Assembly (NCBI RefSeq): GCF_963506605.1
Contig: NC_083286.1
Location: 60,822,001 to 60,886,000, forward strand
Length of the DNA stretch: 64,000 bases
DNA from: Zootoca vivipara
Lineage: Eukaryota
Direction: 5' to 3'
This document shows, in pieces, positions 37,820-50,539 of this stretch. The notes below the pieces were generated by a model. That model had not been told where the DNA came from, searched no databases, and was given only the letters and a program-made list of their open reading frames with translations. Numbering within the stretch: position 1 is the stretch's first letter; each line of letters starts with the position of its first letter. The position numbers and the translations under genes are program-made.

Positions 37820-40100
37820 TTGCCAGCGGCTTCTGAAGGACTCTGCCCGAGCCAGCTACTTCGGCGAGCGAGGTTCGCGGCGAAGCCTTGGCTCGTCGCT
37901 CACGCAGATGCCCAGCTTCCCTTTCCACTCCAGCCCCCGAAAACAAACCTGATGCGCCCTCCTCTGGCCAGCCAAGCCCCGCCTCCACCCCCTCCGTTTA
38001 CACGCGGTCCGCAGCATCGGGAGCCCGGCCGGCGTTTGGCCGCTACTGGGGGGTGGGGGGTGGGAGCAGCGGCCGCCGCGCCTGGTACCCTCCTGGCGTT
38101 CGGGCCGAGGCGGTTGCAAAGCTCCGAACGCCGAATCCAGGGCTCGGGCGCTCCCAAGAGCCGCTCGCTTCTCCTTCAGGCTGGAGGAAGAGGAGAGGAG
38201 CAGGTCTTTCCAGGGGGCGGCCGGATAGCAGGCACCGACCAGCACCCCGGCGCTCTCCAGGGCGCAGCTGTGATGCGCCCAGACCCCTCTCCCATTGGGC
38301 TCCGCGACCACCACCCCGGTCCAAGGACACATCCAGCAACCCTCGCCACCGCCATTGCAGGTTGCAAGAAGGCTCCGGGGGGGTTGGGCAACCGGGAAGT
38401 GTCATCTGGCTGCTGCGCCGCCGCCGCCTCCACCGGCACCCGTCCGGGCGGCTTCATCGCCCTTTCCAACTCCACGCTCCTCCTGCAGCTTGGAGGGATC
38501 AGAGCCAACGAGGAGGAGCGCGGTGGGAAGGAAATGGAGCCTGCATGTTCAGGGGCAGTCTACCTCTGAACACCGGGAAAGCAAGTGGCGGGAGGAGAAA
38601 GAGTCCCCGCTGCAGAAGAATGGGATGGGGAGACAAGGCGCTATGACCCGCGGCTTGGAGCTAACGCGCACAAACCCTCGCTTGCTTTGGGGGGGGGGGG
38701 GAGCGACGAGATTGGTTTTATTCGCCGATTTCATTGTTTGCGCTTTGAGGTTGGGGGCAGCAGCAAATAATGGAGACAAGGGAGCAGTCCGGCCCTCCGG
38801 CCTTTCTCTGTCCTCCAAAACAACACCCTATCGTGTGGATCGATCGATCGTTTATAATATTAAAGTTATTGTGGGGGCGGTGTCGCCTACGGATCGAGGG
38901 AAGCGAAATATACAGTACTGCAAACTGCCTTGGGCACCTTGGCGGAAATCCGGTTACCTACATGAAACAGGTCCGCGCAAACATGTATGCGCATTGTTTA
39001 CTCCTTGCATTTACGCACCGCCTTCCCGCAAGCTTTACATTCCGTTTCGCTCCCCTCCGTTTCTCCCGCTCCCCTCCGCTGTCCCCACAATAACCTGCAC
39101 GTTACCTTATGTTACAGATTGATTATATACTAAACTATATTACTGATTGATCGGCAGGGAGCCGACGACGCGCGAGTGTATTCACACGTACGTTTCACGT
39201 CTGCCTATGGCACATCTCCGTGTCCCCGGAGACAGGCGGATGCCAACCCGACCTCGAGGCACACGCCTATGTCCCCCCACGTACAAGAAAGAGCAGGCTC
39301 TGCCGCTCATCAGGCTGCTTCGCCCCCGTCCTCCGACACGACCACCCACCCCAAAACAAGCCCCCTCCTCCCCAACCCAGTCACAAGGGCCAAATAAAGT
39401 GTTTGAGGGCCAGCCCCCCACCTCTCCGTCCTCCCCACCCGGCGAGCCTCTTCCTGGCCCCTCTCCGCCAACGCCGCCTGCGGGCCTACCTGCTCTCCTC
39501 CGGGCCCCGCCGCGGGGGCCGCCGCCCTCCTCTTCCTGCTAACTGTCTTCCTGGCCATCTCCGGCGCGACCCCGGCCCGGGCCCGGCATGAAGGGGCAGG
39601 GGGAGGAAAGGGCCGCCCGCCGCCGACGGAGCATGGGACGGAGCCGGGTCGCCCCCTCCCCTTCCTGTCGGCCTGGCCTTCCCTCTCGCTTTCTCTTCCT
39701 CACCGACCGACCGACCGACCGCCCTCCACAGGCCCGCCCGACCGGGCGCCGCTCACGGCATTTTGCGCCCGGAAGGCGAGACGGGGGGGGGAGGGAAGGC
39801 GCTTTACGGCCTCGCGCGCTTTGCGGCGCGTCTGTCCAATGACGCGCCCGCCTGCGCAACAGCCGCACAGGGGTTGCCCGGCAACGGCAGCCTCGCCCCG
39901 CGGGACCTCTTCCGAGTGGCGCTCCCTTCTGGGTGTTGCCGGGCAACTGGAGGGAGGCAGGCATGCGGGCGAATGCCCTGCGCCGAGGACTCGCGTTGGA
40001 TCCCACCCCCAGGGGCTCATTGGCCAAGGCGCGCGCTGAGGGTTACTTATGGAGCCCCCTGGAGGGCAGCAGAGGAACGCGCGCCTGTTGCGTCCTTCCC
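37820..40100 (-). promoter_or_regulatory. DCAF12: DCAF12 CpG island: promoter, exon 1 and proximal intron 1
   Basis: High GC/CpG around the ATG; CCAAT (39836), ATTGG (40019), GC boxes. Confidence 0.8.
39490..39558 (-). CDS. DCAF12: DCAF12 exon 1 coding part (DDB1- and CUL4-associated factor 12, WD40 substrate receptor; 450 aa total)
   Basis: MARKTVSRKRRAAAPAAGPGGEQ|gtaggc; 69 nt. The nine exons join in frame to 1353 nt. Confidence 0.95.
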
Positions 40101-41221
40101 CGACCTCCAACAACTTCCTTATTTAGTTTAAATTAAATAATAGGTTTAGTCGTCACCTTTTATTATCTGTGGTTTTATATTTTGATTATATTCTGTGAAC
40201 CGCCCTTAGATCTCCGGGTATAGATCGGAATATAAATAATAATAATAAATACAATAGCTAGGCATAGGCACGGGCTGGGGTGTTCTTTAGGGGGGAGTTG
40301 TTGGGGTGGGTTGTTGATGTTAATTTTTTGTATTGTTATACGAATTCTAAGGTCTTATATATATAAAATAAATGTTCATAAATGTACAAGGCAAATACAT
40401 ACATAAGTATATAAACCACGTGTCTGAAATAGTACAGGAAAACAATCCTGAAACCATTTTGACTCTCCCAAATTGACCTCAAATATTTCTCTGCAAGGAG
40501 GAAGGAAATGGGGAAAGCTTTCCAATTGTCTTTGGACCTCCCTGTAAATACAGTCTGGCAAGTATTTGTTAAGCTGAGCACACTATCAATATGCGTAAGA
40601 TATTCAGGAACCCAGTATTTACCATCTCAAAGGAATGGCCAGAAAAGGCAATCATGTAAGGCATTATCAGGTATCCTGACAGACAGGAGAGAAGCTACTC
40701 TATAGCGCTCTTGGATACCCTTGAGGGATAAAGGAGCAGTTTTTTCTTATAACAGTATCTTTATTTTTTTATCTTATGAATGATGTGGAATTTGTTCAAT
40801 TTGTTTGTGTACGTTGTGATGCCTTGTTTATTTATTACAACTTTTGATATGTTTGTTATAATGTAATTTTCTATACCCTGTAGTACTGGAGTCCAAGGCA
40901 TCTCTCCCCACCTGCCGCAAGCCAGCCAAGATCCTTCTGCCCCTTTCCCAAACTATTCCTTTGACATCACACCCAGTTACCCTGGCAACCTTTCAAATCC
41001 CTTGTCTCCATTCATACCTCAGGGCAGAGCAGAAGAACAGTTCTCTTGTACTGCTAATGTATGTCCCTCAATGACCCTGTATTGTTTCTTAATGGCCCTA
41101 GTTTGGCCAGGTCATTTTGCATAGGCTAGCCCAGGAATTCCTGTGCAGATGGTATTTTCACTTCCTATCACAAATAATGAAAATCCTACCATTTATTCAT
41201 TTATAGGGTTTATAGGGTTTT

Positions 41222-41750
41222 CTCCTGCTTCTTGGGAGAAAAGCAATGACAAACCTAGACAGCATCTTAAAAAGCAGAGACATCACCTTGCCGACAAAGG
41301 TCCGTATAGTTAAAGCTATGGTTTTCCCAGTAGTGATGTATGGAAGTGAGAGCTGGACCATAAAGAAGGCTGATCGCCGAAGAATTGATGCTTTTGAATT
41401 ATGGTGCTGGAGGAGACTCTTGAGAGTCCCATGGACTGCAAGAAGATCAAACCTATCCATTCTTAAGGAAATCAGCCCTGAGTGCTCCCTGGAAGGACAG
41501 ATCGTGAAGCTGAGGCTCCAATACTTTGGCCACCTCATGAGAAGAGAAGAATCCTTGGAAAAGACCCTGATGTTAGGAAAGATGGAGGGCACTAGGAGAA
41601 GGGGACGTCAGAGGACGAGATGGTTGGACAGTGTTCTCGGAGCTACGAACATGAGTTTGACCAAACTGCGGGAGGCAGTGCAAGACAGGAGTGCCTGGCG
41701 TGCTATGGTCCATGGGGTCACGAAGAGTCGGACACGACTAAACAACAACA
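41222..41750 (+). mobile_element. BovB (RTE) LINE 3' fragment
   Basis: MTNLDSILKSRDITLPTKVRIVKAMVFPVVMYGSESW..., with a (CAA)n tail. Confidence 0.95.
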
Positions 41751-42135
41751 GGGTTTAGGGAGATCCCTTCCCAAACCTATAGCAGTAATAAAAACCCTGC
41801 TAGATCAAGGTGGTCTAGTCCAGCATCCTGTTTTTGCAGTAGCTGATCAGATGGCCCAAAGGGAAGGCCGCAGGCAAGACCAGCATCCTTCATTATATAT
41901 TTTATTAACAATGTGTCCTAACCCTGAAGCCATCCTCCCATCCTCCACCCCATCCTTCCAATCCATGACACATGCATTTCCCTTCACATTATTCAGTGAC
42001 CTACTCCATCCAAGTTTGTTTTCCTGGAACATAAACCTTAAAAAAGCTACCACTTCTTTGTCTTTCTATTCTGTATTTCAAGGCAGCAGCACGAAGCACA
42101 CTTCAGGCTTTCCCCAAAGGGTGCTAAGAGCAGTT

Positions 42136-42485
42136 AAAGGTAAAGGGACCCCTGACCATTAGGTCCAGTCGTGACCGACTCTGGGGTTGCAGCGCTCATC
42201 TCACATTATTGGCCCAGGGAGCCGGCGTATAGCTTCCAGGTCAAGTGGCCAGCATGACAAAGCCGCTTCTGGCGAACCAGAGTAGCACACGGAAACGCCA
42301 TTTACCTTCCCGCTGTAGTGGTACCTATTTATCTGCTTGCACTTTGATGTGCTTTCGAACTGCTAGGTTGTCAGGAGCTGGGACCGAGCAACGGGAGCTT
42401 ACCCCGTCACAGGGATTCGAACCGCCAGCCTTCTGATCGGCAAGCCCTAGGCTCTGTGGTTTAACCCACAGCTTCACCCACGTCC
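42136..42485 (-). mobile_element. Sauria SINE (lacertid type), near full length
   Basis: Minus strand GGACGTGGGTGAAGCTGTGGGTTAAACCACAGAGCCTAGGGCTTGCCGATCAGAAGG..GGTTCGAATCCC with an (ACCTTT) tail; flanks share AGAGCAGTT. Confidence 0.9.
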
Positions 42486-43332
42486 TAGGGTGAGAGCAGT
42501 TAGGAGACTCCTATTCCCCTGTGGGTTAAACCACTTGAATTTTTTCGAGCAAGCAAGTTTAACCAAACCAATATGTTTCTGTGTGAATTTATGCCTATGA
42601 TTCCTCTATAAGTTAGCACTGTCTCTTCGCACGCTGGTATCTTGCCAAGTCCGTCCAAAAATCCTTCTCACAGCCAGCAGCAGCCATCTTTCAAGCAGTC
42701 CCCATAAATCAAATCTTTAAGCTCCTGTGATGTTTCTCTCCAGATCGCTCCAGATTGCTACTCAATATGGTCTTTCCAGGGGAGATTTCCCAGACCCAAA
42801 CTATAAACATGCATCTAATGTCTTATTTATGGTTCTCTCCCCCTTTTACTAATATCGTAGCCGGCTTTATCACCAACATGGCGGACTCTAAATTATAGCT
42901 GCGTCATAACTCAAAAGTTTCTTGACAAGTTTCCAACCGCTAATGATAAAGCTTCTATTTGATGTCCATATCTTGAGGAATCCGGGCTCCCATGGGGGCT
43001 TACCATCCAGAGCCCCCAGCTTCTCCCTCCTTCCGAACTCGAAGCTGGTAGTGGGCAACTGCAGATGAGACTGCATCTCCCTATATCCTGGGGAGACTTC
43101 GGGAGGCTGCATACTCCCCTCTATAGCCTCGTAAATTTCCCCATGGGGGTCGGAGAGATGGAATTTTCAACCATCTTCTACAGCGATCCAAGTGGAAGAA
43201 GTGGGATTGATCCTTAAACCACCTTGGGAATTGTAGCTCTCTGAGGTAAAGATAAGAACGCTCAGCACTTAAAAACTACAGTTCCCAGGATTCTTAGGGA
43301 GAAGCCATGACTGTTTAAAGTGGTATGAAAGA

Positions 43333-43601
43333 AAGCACTGCCAATAACAAGGCCGGTGGAAGTGATGATATTCCAGCTGAACTATTTAAAAGTTTAAAAG
43401 ATGATGCTGTAAAGGTGCTACACTCAATATGCCAGCAAGTTTGGAAAACTCAGCAGCGGCCTGAGGATTGGAGAAGATCAGTCTACATCCCAATCCCAAA
43501 GAATGGCAGTGCCAAAGAATGCTCGAACTACCACACAATTGTGCTCATTTCACAAGCTAGCAAGGTTATGCTTAAAATTCTACAAGGCAGGCTTAAGCAG
43601 C
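43333..43601 (+). mobile_element. BovB internal ORF fragment
   Basis: NKAGGSDDIPAELFKSLKDDAVKVLHSICQQVWKTQQRPEDWRRSVYIPIPK. Confidence 0.9.
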
Positions 43602-43944
43602 AGTGCAAGCTGGTCCTGCCACACCACTGGCAGGATTGACAACAACAGTAATGCATATGTTAATATTTTATTCTCTTGTTAATTGTGCTACCTTACATGT
43701 CCATTCTATATTGGAGTCCATGTAACAATGTTTTATTTTCAAATCTTTAGTTTCCCATTAATTAGATTGCTCTGAACGTGCACTTTATATTTGACTTTCT
43801 TCAGAAATATTTCGTTCTGTTTTATTTGAAGTTTTAATGTGTTGTAAACCGCTCTAAGATTTGTCTCCCTTTACAAATATAAAGCGGCATATATTGTATT
43901 TGTTTAAAAAGCAATAAACGTTTGTATTTAAAAAGCAGCATAGA

Positions 43945-43945
<1 letters not shown>

Positions 43946-43977
<32 letters not shown>
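43946..43977. repeat. (AAT)n microsatellite just upstream of the UBAP1 CpG island
   Basis: Direct reading. Confidence 0.9.
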
Positions 43978-43983
<6 letters not shown>

Positions 43984-43999
43984 CCTCCCCCCCCCGTTT

Positions 44000-44800
44000 A
44001 TGGCAACAAGCGGCCGCAGCCAGCAAACCGGAAGCGCCTCTCGAACACTTCGGCTCTCGCTCTCTTCCGCGTCGCCTCATCGGCGTCCTGACGCCACGCG
44101 TCGCTGCCGGCCGGAGAGGGGGGGGCGTGTGCGTGCGAGCTGGCGCGCGTGCGCGTTGGGCGGGGTGACAAGATGGCGTCGCGCTGTTGCCGAGGCGGGT
44201 ACGGAGAGGGGAGGCGGCTCGTTGTCGTCGTCGTCGCGGCCGCGGCCGGCGGGGACTTGTAGTTGGCAGAGCCGCGGGCGAGCGTGACGAGTACGAGTAG
44301 CAGCCGCAGCAGCCGTTATCCGGGGTGAGTAGGCCGGAGGCGGGGGCGGGGAGAGCGAAAGCGGCGGCGGCGGCGGCAGCGGTGGAGGTCGCCCCTCAGG
44401 TAGGGGGCGAGTGTCGTTGGGGCGACGCGCCTCTCCTCGCCGCTGAGGGGTGTGTGTGTGCGCGCGCGTCCTTCTGCGCAGCCGCGCTTTGGCGGGCGGG
44501 GTTGGGGAAGGGAAAGACCCCCCCCTTCCCGGGTCTGCTTAAGCAGGTGGGGATGAGCCCAGGCTCCCTTCGCTGCGCCCCTTGGGCGAACCTTTATCCC
44601 TGGCAGGGACTCGGGGGCTTCGCTTCTGCGTTCCCCAGGGTGAGCGGGAGAGAGAGCTCGGTGGTCGCGAGAGCCCTCCTGGCCTGGAAGGTCTTGAGTT
44701 CGGGTTCCGGCCGACATCAAGATCGCTGCCCCCTCCCTCCCCGCCCCTGGAGTCTGAACGCCTGCGGCCCCAACTGCACCCTCGCGGCCCGGTTTGTCAT
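44000..44800 (+). promoter_or_regulatory. UBAP1: UBAP1 CpG-island promoter
   Basis: CpG-dense; ETS-like ACCGGAAG (~44027), YY1-like CAAGATGGCG (44169-44178), ACTACAAGTCCC on the minus strand (44252-44263). Confidence 0.8.
44160..44399 (+). other. UBAP1: UBAP1 non-coding exon 1 (start approximate)
   Basis: Donor CAG|GTAGGG after 44399; alternative donor GGG|GTGAGT near 44324. Confidence 0.55.
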
Positions 44801-45164
44801 CCTCAGGTGGCCTTCACTGACGCTCAGTGCCTCTAACTAGCTAGCTATATAGGTTTACATTTAGATATATAGATACTCACACACACAAACAGTGCTTCAC
44901 CCCCCCAAAATGTTTAGGGGGTACAGTACTTTCATTTTGACTCAAGGAAATCATCATTTTCTACAAAAGTACAAAGATTCACACAATGTTTTGAAATATG
45001 CGTAGCCCTGCGGCCTCCCAGAAAAAAGCTCTCTCTCTGTGTGTGTGTGTGTGTTTATGTCCCGCCTTTCTGGCGGTTGTTGCCTTCAGTTGGCTAAAGA
45101 GGGAGCGACTGGGTCCTCTTCTGGCAACAGTGGTCGCAGAATTTTGTTTATTATTGTACTTGTA

Positions 45165-45581
45165 CAGTGGTACCTCGGTTTATGAACACAATTGGTTCCG
45201 GAAGTCTGTTCATAAACTGAAGCGTTCATAAACTGAAGCGAACTTTCCCATTGAAAGTAATGGAAAGTGGATTAATCCGTTCCAGACGGTCCGCGGAGTA
45301 ACCGTTCATAAACTGAAGCGAACTTTCCCATTGAAAGTAATGAAAAGTGGATTAATCCGTTCCAGACGGGTCCGCAAAGTACTTAAACTGAAGCGTTCAT
45401 AAACTGAAACATGGGTGTAATTGGTTCCAGAAGTCTGTTCATAAACTGAAGCGTTCATAAACTGAAGCGAACTTTCCCATTAAAAGTAATGGAAAGTGAA
45501 TTAATCCGTTCCAGATGGGTCCGCGGCGTTCATAAACCGAAAATTCATAAACCGAGGTGTTCATAAACCGAGGTTCCACTG
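45165..45581. mobile_element. Tc1/mariner (Tigger-like) MITE with internal tandem repeats
   Basis: TA|CAGTGGTACCTCGGTTTATGAA...TTCATAAACCGAGGTTCCACTG|TA; repeated TTCATAAACTGAAGCG units. Confidence 0.9.
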
Positions 45582-47424
45582 TATACTGCTCTTCATCTGT
45601 AGGTCTCAGGGCGGTTCACAGCATAGAAATACAAGATGAAGCACAACAAACCAACAATCCCCCCACCCATATAATAGGAATAGGAAAGAGGCCAGTTAAG
45701 GAGTGTGTGGGGAGGGTGAGGTGAAAAGTCGATCACTGGGGGGGATCAGTTTTTCAAGGCCAAAGCAAAGTTGTATGCATTTGTGTTCCATTCCGTCCAG
45801 GCTGGCATTCCTTCTTGAATAGCAATAGGTGACTCATGTTCCTTTGGCTGACGGATGGGAATTGTAGGGTTCAATCTACTTCACAGGGCTGTTGTAAGGA
45901 ATGAAATTCTCCTGATTAGTCAGAGGCCTTCATGTTGCACTATCCTGCTCTGATCTTTAGAGCAGTCCTTAAGGTAAGCGGGACCTACCAGCTCTTGGTT
46001 GTGTGAGTTGGAACAACTTGAGTGACAGTTGCTTCTGTAAGGTGCCCTTCTGTGTTTGTGGCAGAGTGATATACAAGCAAACCAGTGATTTCCTGATTTG
46101 TAGCTCAGACTCATCTTGGTGACTAGCATATTCCAGTTCTGGAAAAAGATAATGTATTTTGAGTGCTTTGAACAGTGTAAGCTCTGTTTAAATGTCATTC
46201 ATTGGCTGTTGCAATGCAAACAGCAACAGAAGTTCCCTGTTCTTGATAAGTAGTTTAAAGGAAACAACTCATTGGCCTCTGACTTGCATTTTGAGGGAGA
46301 TAATGAGGGTGTACTTTGTAAGGATATTGTAGAGATTACCGTTCTCAGAGCAGACTGTAGAGCAGGTGACTAAGGTTGCCCAACAGAGGAGATGTTTATT
46401 TTATGGAGATATATTTGTCATATATATCCTGCCTTCTTCCAAATAGCTTAGAGCCTTAGACCAGTGTTTTAGCCCAACTACATTTCCTTTAGGTAGAGAG
46501 TTCAAGTCTTGCTCCTTCCCTTTGCTGAGCTTAATGGCTGAATTGACTTGACTGTGTGGAACACAGCGCTGTCACTGTTTAATGTAGAGTACCAGTATTT
46601 CAAAATATTCATTTCTCTTGAAGTGAGGAACTGCATCATTTGACAGGTAATAAATTTTTGGCTGATTTGTTCAAAGCAAATACTGTATGTGTATTTAGCA
46701 GTATATGCTTCTGGCTGCTTGAAGGGGTGGAGGGATATCACTACCTAACTTTGTTGGTGTTGGATTTACAGAGCTTGTGTGTCTTGAGGAAAAAAATCTC
46801 ATTATTGACTGGTCAGATCCCAAAGTATATAAGCATTCTGCCATTTTAATGTGGAATCCTCTTCTCAAACATCCCATGTAGAGTAGCTTCACATGTGAAA
46901 AATCTCTTGGGTCACTTTATTTATTGGAAACCTTGCTCCTGTCTCTGAAACAATGGGAAACTTTGTTTTGTATGTGATATTCTCCAACTTTAATCCTCCA
47001 ATGATCCCCCTATATCTTGAGTAGAGCCTAGCAGCACATTTTTAATACATGCTTAGGAATAAGCCCAGTTTAACATGAGGTCTCCATGTAAAACATGTAC
47101 TGTATGGGACTGTGCTGTAACTAATACTACTACAGTATTTTCCACTCGCTTCAGAATTGGGAACATAGGTCACCATCTTTCTCAATACACTGTTGCAGGC
47201 TTTCATCCTTTCCGTTTTGTCTTTGGACTAGAATAATGCTTTCACTGTTCTCTGTAGGTAGTTTTGTCAGTTGTGTTTGCTTGGTATTCTGACTGGAAAG
47301 GCCTTTTTCTGGCCTGGGGTGGATTCCAGTCAACTCAAAACACACACGTACTGTGAGAGACATGGATCCCAGCGGAAGTAAATATTGTAACTGTTTTCTA
47401 ATCAATGTCCATTATCAGTGAAAC

Positions 47425-47600
47425 AGTGTAGTGGTTAAAGTGTTGGGCTAGAACTGGGAAAACCCAGTTTCAAATCCATTGAGAGGACCTGGGCAAGTCA
47501 TATGCTCTCAGCCATACCTACCGGTACCTCACATACGGTAGCTGTTGTGAGCATAACTTTTGGGTGGCATGTGTGCTATCGTGAGCTCCCGCAAAGAACA
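47425..47600 (+). mobile_element. MIR-like/core SINE
   Basis: GTGTAGTGGTTAAAGTG head and GACCTGGGCAAGTCA core. Confidence 0.55.
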
Positions 47601-47959
47601 AGATTTAAAATTAAAAGACAAGAGAATTCAGGTGAGGAATGCTGTGCTCTGATTGACTATAATAGGCTCTGTTCTTTTATTTTAATTTTTGAGTTTGCCT
47701 GAGGTGGGGAACTCTGTAGGTGATGACACCGTTAATTAGTGTGCAGCTGCAACTTCCTCTTACTGAGTCACAGTTACTTCATTTGGCATGATGTCTTCTC
47801 ATGGGTTCCTTGCCAGTCCTTCAGACATAACCTTTAAAAAAATTAGCAGAGGTGATGATGAATGGGACTTTGTTTGGCACAATTAACATATTATATTAAC
47901 AGGCTATATATGTACAGTATATTTAATTGATTTGTTATTTCTGTTATATTACATCTCTT

Positions 47960-48140
47960 TCCAGAGACCTCATGCTGACTTACATGGTACGTGCTCTCTC
48001 CATTTTGTCCTCCCAACAACTCTGAGGTAGATTAGACAAAGAGTGACTTGCTTAAGGTCCCACAGTGAGCTGTAAGGCTGAATAGTGATTTGAACCTTGT
48101 GCTCTGAATCCTAGTCCAACATTGTAAACACTAGTACACA
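47960..48140 (-). mobile_element. MIR-like/core SINE
   Basis: GTGACTTGCTTAAGGTCCCACAG...ATTTGAACC on the plus strand is the reverse-oriented core SINE pattern. Confidence 0.55.
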
Positions 48141-48180
48141 CTAGCTTTCCAAACTATGGTTATTTGGAGAATAGTAAAGT

Positions 48181-49290
48181 CAGTGTTAGAAACTGCTATA
48201 GAAAAGCTGGGAGCCAAATGGCTTCTGGGACCTGGGTTATGGGTGCCAAAACAGGATATTTAGCCCCCACTCTGGGGGTCTGCAACACTTCATTTATTAT
48301 TTTGATAAGCATGAGTTAATATGCAATTCACTTTTGCATTGACACAAAAGTGTCAATGGTAACATTGTAACATACTTCAGCTTTCAAAACACTCTACAGT
48401 GGTACCTCGGTTTACGAACACCTCGGTTTACGAACACTCCTAACCCGGAAGTTCGTTAACCAAGGTGCCCGAGGCCTACTGAGCGCCCGATGCCTTCGGG
48501 GAGGCCGGGCCTTTGCTCTGATGGCTCCTGGAGGCCCGGAGCGAAGGCCCGGCCTCCCTGAAGGCATCGGAGCGAAGGCCAAACCTCCCCGAAGACACCA
48601 GAGCGCCCGATACCTTCGGGGAGGCCGGGCCTTGGTTCAGATGCCTCCCAGAGGCCGGGGAGCGCTTCCGCGACTGGGCTGCAGCCACGGAAGCGCTCCC
48701 CGGCCTCCGCGAAGGCATCGGAGCGAAGCCCCAGCCTCTGCGAAGGCATCGGAGCCAGGACTTCGTTCCGATGCCTTCGGGGAGGCCGGGGAGCGCTTCC
48801 ACGACTGGGTTGCAGCCACGGAAGCGCTCCCCGGCCTCCGCGAAGGCATCGGAGCGAAGCCTCAGCCTCCGCGAAGGCATCAGAGCCGGGACTTCGTTCT
48901 GATGCCTCCCAAAGGCCGGGGAGCGCTTCCGCGACTGGGCTGCAACCACGGAAGCGCTCCATTAAATTGCTGCTTTAGGGGTTTTTTTCATCCTCTAGAA
49001 CGAATTAATCCACTTTCCATTACTTTAAATGGGAAAGTTTGCTTCGGTTTATGAACAGACTTCTGGAACCAATTGTGTTCATAAAACCGAGGTACCACTG
49101 TACTCCTTATTGTTAAACTCCTTCTATCCTTAACATATACGGTACCTTGAGGCTTCAAATCTCATACATTTCAGTAATCTTTGAGTGTCAACCTGGTTCC
49201 AAAAATGGCACCCAGACTTTTTGAAGTGCTCACAAATAGAGAATCTTTTGGTGCAAAATGCGCCTGGCTCCCTGCTAATTTCAAGCCCTG
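48181..49290. mobile_element. hAT-like non-autonomous element interrupted by a Tigger-like MITE
   Basis: Ends CAGTGTTAGAAA...TTTCAAGCCCTG; both ends match 50725-51157 in reverse; flanks AGTAAAGT/ACTAAAAT (6/8). Confidence 0.65.
48397..49100. mobile_element. Tigger-like MITE with a GC-rich repeat core
   Basis: TA|CAGTGGTACCTCGG...CCGAGGTACCACTG|TA; same family ends as 45165-45581; core at 48465-48960. Confidence 0.88.
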
Positions 49291-50539
49291 ACTAAAATTG
49301 GAGAAATGAATCTTCTCTTAAAACTAAGGTAGCACTTAGACCGGATGATAATGTGTGCAGCAAGAATTAATTCATGGCCTGAATAACTTTTCACTTTGCA
49401 TTTATAGAAGATAGCCATGCAGATAAAGGGGGACGAAACATACTTGGTGATTCCAGCTAAGTCACACCTAGAGTAGACAAGTCCGTTGATTTCACTGGGT
49501 CTGTTCTGAGTATGACTGAGTTGAACATCACCCAATTTTATGCAAACATAATATTCTTGCAAACTAAGCAATGTACACTGCTTGCAATGCTGTTGTAATT
49601 TGATCTTCTGTAGAAAGTTAGGGGAATGCCGAGTATTTTGGCTTCCATCCTAAGGCTGGCATAATAAATAGCAAGCAAAAATTAATCTGAATCATGAGTG
49701 TTCTTTAACTTCAGATGTTAACATGAGTGCTGTCTTGTGACAACTTTTAAAAGAAACATTTAGACTGAGGTTTTCAGATAGGGAAAATGCTGTCACGTGT
49801 TCTTCTGTGGGATGATACTTACTTTTAAAGATGTTGAAGAGCTTCAGGAATTAAAAGGACTCTGAACATTTTCAATCCTAACATTGTTTACCTGAAAGGA
49901 AGGTCTATTAGTGTTCAGCACAGCTCACTTAATTCAAATGTGTTGAGGGTTGGAGGTATAAATCTACATGATACTATGACAGCTAGGGCCTTTCCAATTG
50001 TCCATGTGGGCAGTATTAAGTTGCAGGACATTAGAAACAGAGATGTAAAAATGTGTTCTTGTTGATGTTAAATCCTTGACCTGGTACACATTGATTAAAA
50101 GATTATTAAATGGCGCAAGTCTCGCTCTGAAGTCAGCCGAACACTGGTAAGAACACATAATAGTGCTTCCTATGTGGCAGTGTGGGCTGCAAAAAGGTTC
50201 ATTTTGCAGCTTGCATTATGTTCTCTAGTAGCAGGCCAGGGGAGTTACCTTGGATAGTCTGGAGGTTGCTGACTCCCAGTGTGGGGGAGGGACCTCTGAA
50301 GCCCCATGAAAACCCACCGTGACCAACTAGCTACACATATTGATGATAAAGTCGCTTGACTTCAGAGAGCCCTTGACTCTTTGCTTGTTGCAGCTCCGGT
50401 TGAAGTACCCAGTGGCACTCTTGAGAACGGTTTGTGGAATCATTTTCACCTTAGGCAATGAGCTGATGTGGCCAGGTTGGCAGTGGCAATGTGTCTGACC
50501 ACATGCCCTCTTGACCTCTATGCCTCCTGGCCTATCAAA

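Noticed and set aside
37820-39122. Overlapping 249-275-aa ORFs in DCAF12 intron 1
   Set aside because: Open in several frames on both strands, GC-driven, no homology recognised.
41200-41222. TATAGGGTT / GGGTTTAGGG telomere-like motif
   Set aside because: Only two or three imperfect units flanking a BovB insertion; better explained as target-site duplication.
45190-45570. CRISPR-like regularly repeated units
   Set aside because: Eukaryotic DNA; the spacers are themselves repeated and the array lies inside a TA-flanked MITE.
48456-49054. Repetitive 157-177-aa ORFs
   Set aside because: Translations of the GC-rich repeat core of a MITE; no transposase motifs.
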